NCBI GenBank assembly: GCA_001600815.1
Contig: BCKZ01000004.1
Location: forward strand, 496,001-560,000
DNA from: Alloascoidea hylecoeti
Taxonomy: Eukaryota
Direction of reading: 5' to 3'
Length of the DNA: 64,000 nucleotides
Shown: positions 24,876 through 35,610 of the stretch, in pieces
Layout of the letters: each line of letters opens with the position of its first letter
Position numbering within the stretch: position 1 is the first letter of the stretch
Translations under genes and position numbers: made by a program
Notes under the pieces: model-generated
What the model was told of the DNA's origin: nothing
Databases searched by the model: none
Seen by the model: only the letters and a program-made list of their open reading frames with translations

Positions 24876-27705
24876 TTAATCTAGCACAACAATGTCTTTT
24901 GAGGAATTATCAGGCTTTTTTTGCGTAGGCCTGTCATTAATATTAATAGGGTTCTTCTGTGAATGTTTTAAGAATGGTTTGTTCGTTAACATTGGTTGCC
25001 TCTTAGCAAAATATTTTGGAGTTTTAATTCTAACGTAACCGGTTTTAGCCTTTCTAATTGGCATGACAGGATCTGATTTAAATTTTTTGTTTGGTTCAGA
25101 TTTGGATTTAGTTTCTGTTTTTGGTTTCGTAGATTTAATTGAAGAAAGGTGTATCTCGGGTAAGTCACGATCAGATTTAATTCTGGGTCTCAGTTTATTC
25201 GATATTATACGGGTCTCTGCCGGAGATAGAGTAATAATCTCTTCTTCTTTTTCATCTAAATGGTTAATATGAATATATTCATTATGAAAATTGTCCGGTT
25301 CTTCGGAACTAGATATTACAAATTCCTCTGGACTGGCAATTGATTCATCTGAACTTTCAACATCAGCATGTTCAACCACCGATCCATAATCATAACCTCT
25401 TCTTATAACCCGTGTTCCAATTATCGATAACTCCTCATCAGAGGTATCACTATCATCATCGAGGCCAATTACTTCTTGGACAGGATTTTGTATTATTTCC
25501 AAACTTCTTTTTTGAGCTGAAGTTGGCTTTGATATAACGCTAATATCATCATCTTCGATGATATTAATATTTCGTTTGGGTATAACCTCTTCTAGATCTG
25601 TATCAGAAGAAGAATCTAAAAATATTGCTGTCTTTTCTTTATTATTACCAATCATTTTCTTGAATTCCATACTGTGATCTTTCACGAATAANGCTTTGTG
25701 CTTGAGTGCATCATCACTTTCACTTTTACGTTCACTTTCACTACTTTCCGACTGTTGTAAATGTATTGATGATTCCAACAATGGTGCGGGATCAGAAATT
25801 AAAGACATTAATAATTCTCTCCTTGGATCAACCTTTTCTGAAGATTTATTTCTCCATTCTGATTGTTGGATGAATGGTGTTATAAGGTCACTTTCCAACG
25901 ATGTATTTATATCCTTCGAGTTGAGTATATTGTCGTCATCTTCTTCATCATCATCATCATCATCATCATATTTTTCTTCCTCGCGTTCATCATCAGTATC
26001 CTCACCGGTATAAGTATCATCATCACCCAATAATTTGAAAGAAATCGCCTTTTTCAATTCATTTAAGCTTGAATCATGTTCATTATCATCGTCGCTCATA
26101 ATCTCTGGATCACTATCATATGTGTTAAATTTCTCTTTAATTTTCTTTTTATAATTGGTTTCGATATCTTCAATCTGTGAATTCGGTTCTGCAGAGATAC
26201 GATTCATAACCCCCATCTGTCTTTGGACTAATCGTGGATCACTTGGTGTTTTTTTCTTATAGGAGACATTGAACACTTTATTTACAGGTATTTCCGTTTT
26301 GTAAGTATCAGATCCATAGACATTCATAAGCATATGTTCTGCTGGGAATCTCTCTCTCTCAACCTCCTTTTCTTGAACGTTTAATCGATAAATTGGTTTA
26401 AATATTTTACTAATAGGAGATACTTCTTTACCACCCTTTTTAATTGTGGTAGCCGGCCACATAAAATCATATAATTTAACATGTCGTAGGCACCTTTCAC
26501 AAATTCTACTAATTCCAGTTATTTCAGCTTCTATAATTAATGCAAAATATTGACCACAATTTTCACATTCATATAACTGATTTTTTGGTATTGTAAATAT
26601 TTTAGTATTATGGTAACTATCAAGAATTCTGTAAACTCTTTTTTTAAAATCACTTGGCATTTCTTCTTCTCCCGGTTTTGGTTCTCGACCTACGACGTCC
26701 CAAGTAGTCTGATATTTTCCAAGTTTTGAGGAAGAAGCTTTATTTTTTCTGGTCCGTAATAAACGTTGTGGTATCGATTCTTCATCTGATACTTCTTCAT
26801 CTTTAAATGGGTTGCTGATTTTTTCATTTGCATTAGAATCGTCTGACTCTGAATCTGTATCACTTGCATCTTTAGTTTCATCATCATCACGATATGATTG
26901 GGGAACATGTCCTCCTTTACCTTCAAGTTCACAGTATAAACAAAGACATTCTCTGTTATGTTTTCCAAAATAGTTTGGCGCATAAAATATAGTTATTTCC
27001 TCGCCGACTTGAATAGGTTGCTCTGCTATTAAAGCCAAAGTATTATAACTTGTAGAAACTAATCTTGCGTTACAACGACATGAATGATTTACTAATCTTA
27101 ATGGACCTAATAACAAACATTCTTGTTGTGTTCTTGTTGTTTCTATAATAGAAAAATCTCTTTTCAAATGTTGGTATTCATCAGCATCTTTTGGATCTAA
27201 AGGTGTTAATATTGCAGTTAAATATTTTATAATTTCACCTTGTTTTATAGATTTTCTTGCGATAACACATGATTCTGATCTACCAGATCTCCTTATATAT
27301 CGATCTGTAGTAGATATTTCAAATTTTGTATCTTTTAAATAAATTTGACAATATTTACTCGCATGTCTTTCAAATTCATGTATTAATTGCCGATTGCCAT
27401 GTGTATTCTTTTCAACAAATCGTCTAACTCGTTTTAGATTCATAAATACTTCGATGAAGGCTTTGATAGATGGTTTTTGACTCTTAATTAAATAATACTT
27501 GATTAGGGGAACAATATCGGATATTGGAAATTTTCTTGATAGTTCATTGGTTTGGATTTTTCTCACCACATCCCAATAATATACCTAATAATATGTTAGA
27601 GTGGAAATTTCTTTTATTTGGTGAGAGAATACATACACTGTCAATGAAAACATTAGTTAAGAAATCATCATAAGCTGATATGTTTTTATGAGTTAAGCAT
27701 GTCAT
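24876..27705 (-). CDS. SET9: Set9-like methyltransferase, copy B (longer acidic tail); intron 27636-27585; one ambiguous base at 25692
   Basis: MTCLTHKNISAYDDFLTNVFIDS|VYYWDVVRK; RDFSI, LGPLRLVNHSC, EEITIFY..NYFG..NRECLCLYCE; same second Cys cluster as copy A. Confidence 0.85.
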
Positions 27706-28400
27706 TTATATCTAAAAAGCTTCAATTTTCACCTTCAAACTTCAAAGCGTAAAACAAAACAAAAAGATCAGAAATAAAAAATCCAGAAAGAAGCAGTGTT
27801 CAAAATATCAATAAAGTAGATAGTTTGGTATATTTAAAAGTTTATCCTTGTTGATGATATCGCTATAAATGTTTTTTGATCAGAGATTTTTGAATGATAC
27901 TATAAATATTGATGCTTTTTGGTTCCCTTCTAGCTTAGAATTTCCTCTTCTTCACTGATATAAATTAACTGTCCCAACTAAAATACATAAGAGATCATAA
28001 GTCCAAGTTTCGTGGTTGTTTAATTTGATGAAGTGAATCTGAAGAAATTACATTTGATATACGCTGGGTGTGTGGGTGTATGATTCTTCCACTTAATTTA
28101 GGCCACATATTCTCGTTTGATGAAAATCTTCAACTAAATATATATACATGTTTTTCTAAAGTCAGGAAAAGATTTATTCACAGCTATGAAATGTCTTCCA
28201 TAGAAACAGCTAAAAGTGAATTAAACCAAATAGTCACCGATAAGAATGATTTGATAGATCTTTGGTTTATATACAAGAATTACCATGGCTGAATAGTCAA
28301 ACAACCTAAATTAAGTAGAATCACTGTATAAACATTAATTTATTCATTCCTAAAAACCATGTAATTTCTAAAGTTTATGCAAATTGTATATTAAATAAAA

Positions 28401-30791
28401 TCAGATATATGAACCATCTGCAATAGCTTGAGTCATACGTTCAACTATATCATCTTCCTTACCTTGTATATCTTCTTCGATTTCTGCAACTTCAATATTA
28501 TGTAAAATTGTTTTAATACCAACATTCATTTCCATTGAATTTTGTTCCCGATGTTCAGAAGTATATTGCTGTAACCTATAAATAATTCTTGCCCTTTCTT
28601 CATCCCCCAAAAAGTCAGCTTCTTTCAAAACATTTGCAAGATCTCTAAAAGTTGTTACATTTGGAATTGGTATTTTTGAATCAAAGCAGGTATCAAATGA
28701 TAATTGTCTTAATACTGAAAGTTGAGATGTCGTTGCGATAATAACTAATCTTCTACCATTTGGTGGTTTTGCTTTTAAGTAAGCTTTTAATGTTTGAAAG
28801 ATATTATTCGAATATCTTGGCCCAACAGGAGACCAATCAATCATACTTTCAATATCATCAATAACTAAAACATTTAAAGGTGATTTATAAGCATCACGGA
28901 AAGTATTATCAATGAATGCAATTTTTTGACTTTCACTAAAACTTGCCGTTGCAATTGGTGAAATTAATCTAATAAATGGAAATTTTGATTCCAAAGCAAT
29001 TTTAGCAGCTAAAGCTGTTTTACCGCTGCCAGCTGGTCCATGCATTAAAATAGTTGTTAAATGAACTTTTTCACGCTGTTGAACTGTTTGAATATATTTT
29101 CTACCAGATGATAATATTTCATCAACATGTGGTGAAAAATGAATTATACCACCTTCTGCACATTGTTCCAATTCTTCTTCTTTAACACCAAAGGCAGGTA
29201 TAACTTCAGTTAAACCATGCATGAAATCTTCTCTAATAACTTTTAACTTTTCAACATTATCAATAGCAATTGTTTGACCCACTTTAATATGTCTATTAAT
29301 TGAAAATGATGTTGCACTTCTTACTAAACCTTCAATTTCAGCACCTGAGAAATTTTTAGTCAAAGTAGCTAATTCTTTTAAATCAACATCTTTTTCAACC
29401 ATATTTGACTCTCTCATTTTTTTAGTTTGAATTTCTAAAATTTGAAAACGTCCATGTTCATCAGGTAAAGAAATTTCAATTTGCATTTCAAAACGACCAG
29501 GACGTAATAAGGCATCATCAATTAAATCTCTTCGATTTGTCATACCAATAACTAAAATATTATTTAATTGATCAACACCATCCATTTTTGCTAATAATTG
29601 ATTGACAACATTATCTCCAACACCTGTTCCATCACCTCTACTACCCCTTTGTTTAAAAACTGAATCTAATTCATCAAATATAATAATGTGTAAACCAGAT
29701 TCTTCACCTTTTGCTTTATATTCAGCTTCAGCATCTTTAAATAAATTTCTAATATTTTCTTCTGAAGAACCAACATATTTCGATAAAATTTCAGGACCAT
29801 TTACAATTTTTGGCTCTCTAGCATTTAACATTTTACCAATTTGTCTTGCAATTAATGTCTTACCTGTTCCTGGGGGACCATGCAATAAAATACCTTTAAC
29901 ATGATGAACTCCCAATTTTTCAATAATACCTGGTGGGAAAGTTCTACTTGCAAAAGCTCTTCTAAAAATGGCACTAAATTCTTCATCTAAACCACCAATA
30001 CCCATATCTTCAAATTTAAAGTCTGGTTTGATAATACCATCGCTTCTCATTTTTGTATTTGAAGCTTTTAATTTAACTAGCCCATCAGCACCCGGAAAGA
30101 AATTAACAGTTGTTTGTTCTATTAATATACCCCGAGAATGTATATCTGATAATAAAGCACCTGCATTTGCTAATGATAAATCTGCCATTTGAACCGATTT
30201 AACAGTGATTTCAAATACAATACCTTGAAATTCAAAAGCTAATAATTCTGTTGGAACCAAGATTTGATTTCCAAAATTAAAATTAAATTGTTTTCCTAAT
30301 ATATCTTGATCAAATTTTGTATTAACAGCTCTATTTTTATTCTTAAAACGAATTTCAACATTAACAGTTGATAAATATGGATTTTTACTATTTCCTTGGA
30401 AGATATCAAAAACTTGAAAAGAAATTGGTTGATTTAGTGACCATGCTGCCCAACGTCTTTGTAGCCCACTTGCGCCTACAGTACCAGGGGCAACACTCCT
30501 TTCAACTGCAGTTGTGAAGATAAACGTGTTATCAACAATCACATATTGATTATCTTCAAAATCACTGGGATTTACAGCCAATTGATTAGCTAAAGCAATT
30601 GCAGCATTTGGACTATTTGCAATAGTCAACACTTTTGGTGGCGGAGAATAACCTGGAGCTCCTCGTTGTGATCTCAATTGATTGGCTGGTGCTTTGTATC
30701 CAGGATGGCCTCCTCCCGGTTGAGGGCCCCTTTGTGGTTGTGGAGGTCCTCCAGGACCTTGATTTCTGTTGTTCTTGCCTAATCCAAACAT
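28401..30791 (-). CDS. SEC18: Vesicle-fusion AAA ATPase NSF/Sec18
   Basis: MGIGGLD.EF..IFRRAFASR, GPPGTGKT, FDELD, second Walker A GPAGSGKT. Confidence 0.96.
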   Translation of the reverse strand: MFGLGKNNRNQGPGGPPQPQRGPQPGGGHPGYKAPANQLRSQRGAPGYSPPPKVLTIANSPNAAIALANQLAVNPSDFEDNQYVIVDNTFIFTTAVERSVAPGTVGASGLQRRWAAWSLNQPISFQVFDIFQGNSKNPYLSTVNVEIRFKNKNRAVNTKFDQDILGKQFNFNFGNQILVPTELLAFEFQGIVFEITVKSVQMADLSLANAGALLSDIHSRGILIEQTTVNFFPGADGLVKLKASNTKMRSDGIIKPDFKFEDMGIGGLDEEFSAIFRRAFASRTFPPGIIEKLGVHHVKGILLHGPPGTGKTLIARQIGKMLNAREPKIVNGPEILSKYVGSSEENIRNLFKDAEAEYKAKGEESGLHIIIFDELDSVFKQRGSRGDGTGVGDNVVNQLLAKMDGVDQLNNILVIGMTNRRDLIDDALLRPGRFEMQIEISLPDEHGRFQILEIQTKKMRESNMVEKDVDLKELATLTKNFSGAEIEGLVRSATSFSINRHIKVGQTIAIDNVEKLKVIREDFMHGLTEVIPAFGVKEEELEQCAEGGIIHFSPHVDEILSSGRKYIQTVQQREKVHLTTILMHGPAGSGKTALAAKIALESKFPFIRLISPIATASFSESQKIAFIDNTFRDAYKSPLNVLVIDDIESMIDWSPVGPRYSNNIFQTLKAYLKAKPPNGRRLVIIATTSQLSVLRQLSFDTCFDSKIPIPNVTTFRDLANVLKEADFLGDEERARIIYRLQQYTSEHREQNSMEMNVGIKTILHNIEVAEIEEDIQGKEDDIVERMTQAIADGSYI

Positions 30792-30941
30792 AATTTCATA
30801 AAAGAAGGAAGAATGAAACAGAAGATGATAAAATGTCTGAAAGTATGAAATGCCTGAAAGAAAGTGTTTGGGTGTAATTGATATATTATGTCACGATAAG
30901 CTGGCATTTAAATTTATACCACAAATAAGAATAAATTATTG

Positions 30942-32579
30942 ATGAAGGGGAAGGGTTTGGAACTGAACATTTTTGCTGTTTTGGCATTGTCAGAGTGTGT
31001 ATTTGGTGCTTTCAGTGTTTACGATGATATCTTTGCATCTCCACACTTTTCAGTAGAATATTCCCGAGATTATCTTTCTTCTTCAAAAGCTAAGAATTTA
31101 ATGCTTGAAGATTCAGAATCCTATGAATATGTCCGGATGCCAACAAATGATTATTTATGTTTTTTCCCGGATGCCGCGATGGCGGTAGACTCTAATCCTA
31201 CAGCAGATCAAGAAAATGCTACACAAAAGATGTTAATGAAACAACAACAAGAACTAAAGATTGTGGAAACATTAAACACATCATTGGAAATGTTAGGTGA
31301 TATGAATACTTGTGTTTTCCATACTATGGGTTATTTCACTTATCAGTTTTGTTATAATAGGGATTTATTACAATATCATGCTGATCATGCTAAACGATTA
31401 CAAGGAATTTATGCTCCTGAAATGAATACTGAAGTATTTGTATTAGGAAAGTATCCACGGCTTCCCGAACCGGATGGTACTAATAATGAAGAAGATTTTT
31501 CTAAACAATTAGTTATCTCTTCATCTATCAAAACAGAAGGGAAATCAAAATATTTAACTCAAACAATCAAAAATGGTTCAGTGTGTAGTTTAACAGGTGA
31601 AAAACGTTCTACTGAGGTTCGATACCTTTGTGATCCTGCTTATAAAGATGCTGCGATAATATGGATTAAAGAGATAAGAACATGTAATTATCAAATTGCA
31701 ATAAATGAACCAAAATTATGTTCACAAGAAGTTTTTGCTCCAAAAAGAGAAGAGTTACCTATGAAGGTTACTTGTCAACCAATTTCAATTGAAACTGATG
31801 ATAACATGAACACCACAGCCGTTACAGAACAAAATTCTAATATACATGATGAATCAAACAAACTTGAAATACCAAGAATAACAAAACAAAAACAAAATAC
31901 AAGTGATGTGAAAAATGCCCTTATACCTACTGGTATAAAATATCCTTTAGATTTATTTAAATTGGAAGCTTTAGGAAATGGGATATTTTTGGGTACACCA
32001 AGAGATAATTATTATAGAGGAATTCATGATACAACGATGATATTAAAACCATCTGTTTTCATAATACAATCAGACCCAGTAAATATTGGTACTTTAGAAC
32101 ATTTGGCAGCTGATGCTTTTATAATGGCAATTGGTCACGAATTGTTTAGATTTCAAGATTCAAATTATCAAGTTATTAACAGACAGTTCGATATAACTTA
32201 TCTTACCGAAATTTTAGATAAAGATGGAAATTTATTAGGTACAGTATTATTAGTTACAGATGAAGGGAAAATTGTTGTATCAATGTTAGAAGATGATTAT
32301 GAAGATCTTGAAAAAGATATTTTAAGAAAACATTTAGATATTAATGGATTTCCTGAATATCTTTATTATCCAATCAATATTGTTAAAGTAGAAAAACAAA
32401 TTCCTGTGAAAAAGAAGAATAAATCAAAAAAAAGCCAAGCAAAACAGGAAGAAATAAATGAACTTGATGAGGTTGAGCAGAATGAAAAGGATGAAGCTGT
32501 CGATTCAACTAATGAAATTGATATTGATGATACCGAGCGTATGTTTATAGATCAAGCAGTATTCCATGATGAATTGTAA
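30942..32579 (+). CDS. YOS9: ERAD lectin Yos9/OS-9
   Basis: Signal peptide, MRH-type Cys pattern (FTYQFC, G.VCSLTG..RSTEVRY.C, E..TC.Y), C-terminal HDEL; about 150 bp divergent promoter shared with SEC18. Confidence 0.85.
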   Translation: MKGKGLELNIFAVLALSECVFGAFSVYDDIFASPHFSVEYSRDYLSSSKAKNLMLEDSESYEYVRMPTNDYLCFFPDAAMAVDSNPTADQENATQKMLMKQQQELKIVETLNTSLEMLGDMNTCVFHTMGYFTYQFCYNRDLLQYHADHAKRLQGIYAPEMNTEVFVLGKYPRLPEPDGTNNEEDFSKQLVISSSIKTEGKSKYLTQTIKNGSVCSLTGEKRSTEVRYLCDPAYKDAAIIWIKEIRTCNYQIAINEPKLCSQEVFAPKREELPMKVTCQPISIETDDNMNTTAVTEQNSNIHDESNKLEIPRITKQKQNTSDVKNALIPTGIKYPLDLFKLEALGNGIFLGTPRDNYYRGIHDTTMILKPSVFIIQSDPVNIGTLEHLAADAFIMAIGHELFRFQDSNYQVINRQFDITYLTEILDKDGNLLGTVLLVTDEGKIVVSMLEDDYEDLEKDILRKHLDINGFPEYLYYPINIVKVEKQIPVKKKNKSKKSQAKQEEINELDEVEQNEKDEAVDSTNEIDIDDTERMFIDQAVFHDEL

Positions 32580-34819
32580 TGAATGAGTTTTAAGGGTCAA
32601 TATAGGTATATTATCATATTCATAATTATATAGTTTATCCATAATGACCTGACGATGTAAATGCCGAAGCCACGAACTACCAAGCATAAATTATAGCTAT
32701 GCCTAAATGTCTAACAGTAAGAAAATTAGTACATTTAAAATTGTACTAGTATAAATGGCAATCTTGCTAGAAAGATCATTAGGTATGATATAACCTATAC
32801 ATATAGTAGAAACATATCAAGTATTATTAACTACGAGTCTATGATGTTCGCGAAGTACAGAAATATTTAAAGTTTCATATTTCCCTATTCTAAGCACGTA
32901 TTTTTGAGTTCATATGGAAAGTAGAGGCCTCACTCGATATTTTAACGTAGTATTAATAATAATAATGTATTACAGACTTCCATCCCAAAAAAAAGGCTCA
33001 ACTGATCCTGACTTTTATGATAATGATGATTTTGATAATGCTGATAATTATAATTATGATGATGATAACATTCATCATAATCATCGTCATAATCATAATT
33101 ATGGCTACTACTATGGGGAAGAAGAACGATATTGGATATCATTTTGATAATAGTTGTAATTACAAAAATAAGGATATAAATATGATTCCAGTTATTTCAG
33201 TTACTGGTATTGCCGTTGATTCAGTTGCTATAGTTGACTCAACTACTTCAATTATTATTGGCTACCAATCGTAAAATATCTGTTACGTATGAATACACCA
33301 TAGATGATGGAAATTCCGTATTTTCTATTACAGTCAAGGAAGATATTACAAAGATTTTAAAAAAGTAGTTGCACAATTCTATCCTAATGGTTATAAAGGT
33401 TCAATAGATATTAATTTGAGTATAATTTCATATTCATCTCCTGATGGTGATATCGATGACTTCATTGACCTAGGACTAACTTTTAACTTAGATCAATAGA
33501 ATTTCTTTAATATACTTTAAAATTCTTATTCTTGTAAATTTTATTAATCAATAAACCGTGTAAGTGTAACTAAGAATAAATTATATGTATCGTATAGATA
33601 ATACTTGAATTAATTTCGAATCATAAATATATTCCATTACACTGTAGGTATTACAAAATTGCAATAATTTGTATTTTCGCTTGAAACAGTCGGTGCACAA
33701 TTATAATGGATGGTTAATAAATTTATGTGAGGCCCCAATGAGGAACACTATCTACTGCTTGTCTTTAAATTTTAATACTATTATTGAGCCGTTATTGTGT
33801 CATATTTGTTGCTTAATATATATTATTTTACAATATTAATATGTAGAATGAATACAATAGTTTCCACTCCACGATGCAACTATATCTAAAAAGATTAATG
33901 TAACAAAATCTTATAATTCTCTCATGATTCGTATATATATATACTAAGCTATACCATATAAGTATAAACAATTGAATTTTAATCAATTTCATTTTTAAAA
34001 TAAACTATAATTTTAAAATAAATAGGTAATAACAACCTCTTCATCATGCATCATTAATTTTTTAAATTGCTTTTAAAAATTCGCCACCGTTCGTTCTTCT
34101 GAATTTGGTGGAGCGACCATATAAAGTAGTTGTAGCGGTTCTTAATGAAAGGGTTTTCAAAGACCCTATATAGAATGAAAAATGAAAAGAAAAAAACCAA
34201 ATTTAAATAGCTTAATACCATTAGGCTTTAATGTATCGATATTTAACTCTATTTATGTTTTATATCATGTAAACATCTTAAAAGAGGAAAAATAGCTATA
34301 TTTATAATTAAATATACTGTATGTGTATCGTTTATTACAATGCTCTCTTCGATTCCCAATAATTTACAGAATCATCTTTTGCTTCCAAATTTTCCAAATA
34401 AATTGATAGTGATTGAACCTCCATATTACTTTCCCGACTGGATCTTGTATTAGTAATCGAGCACAAAATTCAGCTCCTTTGTTTGGTCATCATGGGAGAT
34501 GGATATCATTATTTCACTTTAACTTTCTAACTCGGGCTTTATGCTATATTACCTCATTAGTAAACCTGCATTATGTTAGTTGCGAATGGGTAACCTGCAG
34601 AATACTAACCGTAGAAAGTGTTGTCCATTTTCTTTTTCAAGTGCATAATATAATATCAGATATCTTATATATTTTCAATATTTTTTCATCCTCGCTTCTT
34701 AGGCTTCTTTTACAAGTTCGGTTGGTTTACATTGTTCAGGATATCCTCACAAAATAATATTTTCCTCGATTTTTTTGGCTACTTTCACCTTTTTCTCCTT
34801 TACAAAACCACTTCGAACT

Positions 34820-35250
34820 TTGATAATATATTTCAAAAATTAAAAGGATTAATTCCAGTAGTTGCAAAATTTGATGGAATGTTTTTAGGGTTGAAACTTC
34901 ATTGTTTTCTTTCTAGTATATCTCAATGTTTTTACTTGTGATACCTTTTTTTTTTGAGGGAAATGATACTAGTTTTTCGTACTTTCCCTTAATCTTCAGT
35001 TAGTCAAAGCACGATACATTCAATACCTGGGTGTCTTGACTTGTAAGTATGTACTGTACAATAAAGAGTCTAATACCATTGTTAATACATTTGCCTACAA
35101 ATTCAAAACTTACATGACTGCTGCTGCACCATCGATTAATATGAACTTATTCAGTTGTTATAAAAGGATGAAATAATGTTTACTTACGTTAGTGAATTCA
35201 TCTAAATCCCTAAAGAAAATCTCGAGGAGTTCTGCTTATACATAGGTACC
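34820..35250 (-). mobile_element. Decayed pogo/Fot1-like DDE transposase fragment (Tc1/mariner superfamily)
   Basis: Minus-strand translation LIDG(fs)SHVSFEFVGKCINNGIRLF..TSQDTQVLNVSCFD*LK, then NPKNIPSNFATTGINPFN. This follows the Fot1-type LDGHxSH..F..C..N.I..SH.LQPLD..CF.PLK and NI.S.F..TGI.P.N motifs, with stops and frameshifts. Confidence 0.75.
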
Positions 35251-35610
35251 TATTATATATTATTGATTAACTAATGTTTTACTTTCTCAATCATTCAATG
35301 CTAATAAGAAGGCCAGAAATAATTGTAGTAGGGGTGGCCGATAATTCATAATAAACATGGCCGCTTATAGTCATGTATGTGTACGATTATTGAGACCTGA
35401 CTAAATTAAGTAGAATGGCTTGATATAACCATTTCTTTCTTTTCTTTAAGTTTTGCATTATAAATATATGATGCATTAAATTTTCCTTACATGTGTAAAT
35501 ACACACTTTAGCTACATATAGAACTGTATATTTATATATATTAATCTTTTTATATGTTATATGGTACATGAAGAACTCTAATTATAATGATTCTATATCA
35601 AAAATCAAAT

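Noticed and set aside
25692..25692. Ambiguous base in SET9 copy B
   Set aside because: Third position of a GCN codon, so a sequencing ambiguity with no effect on frame
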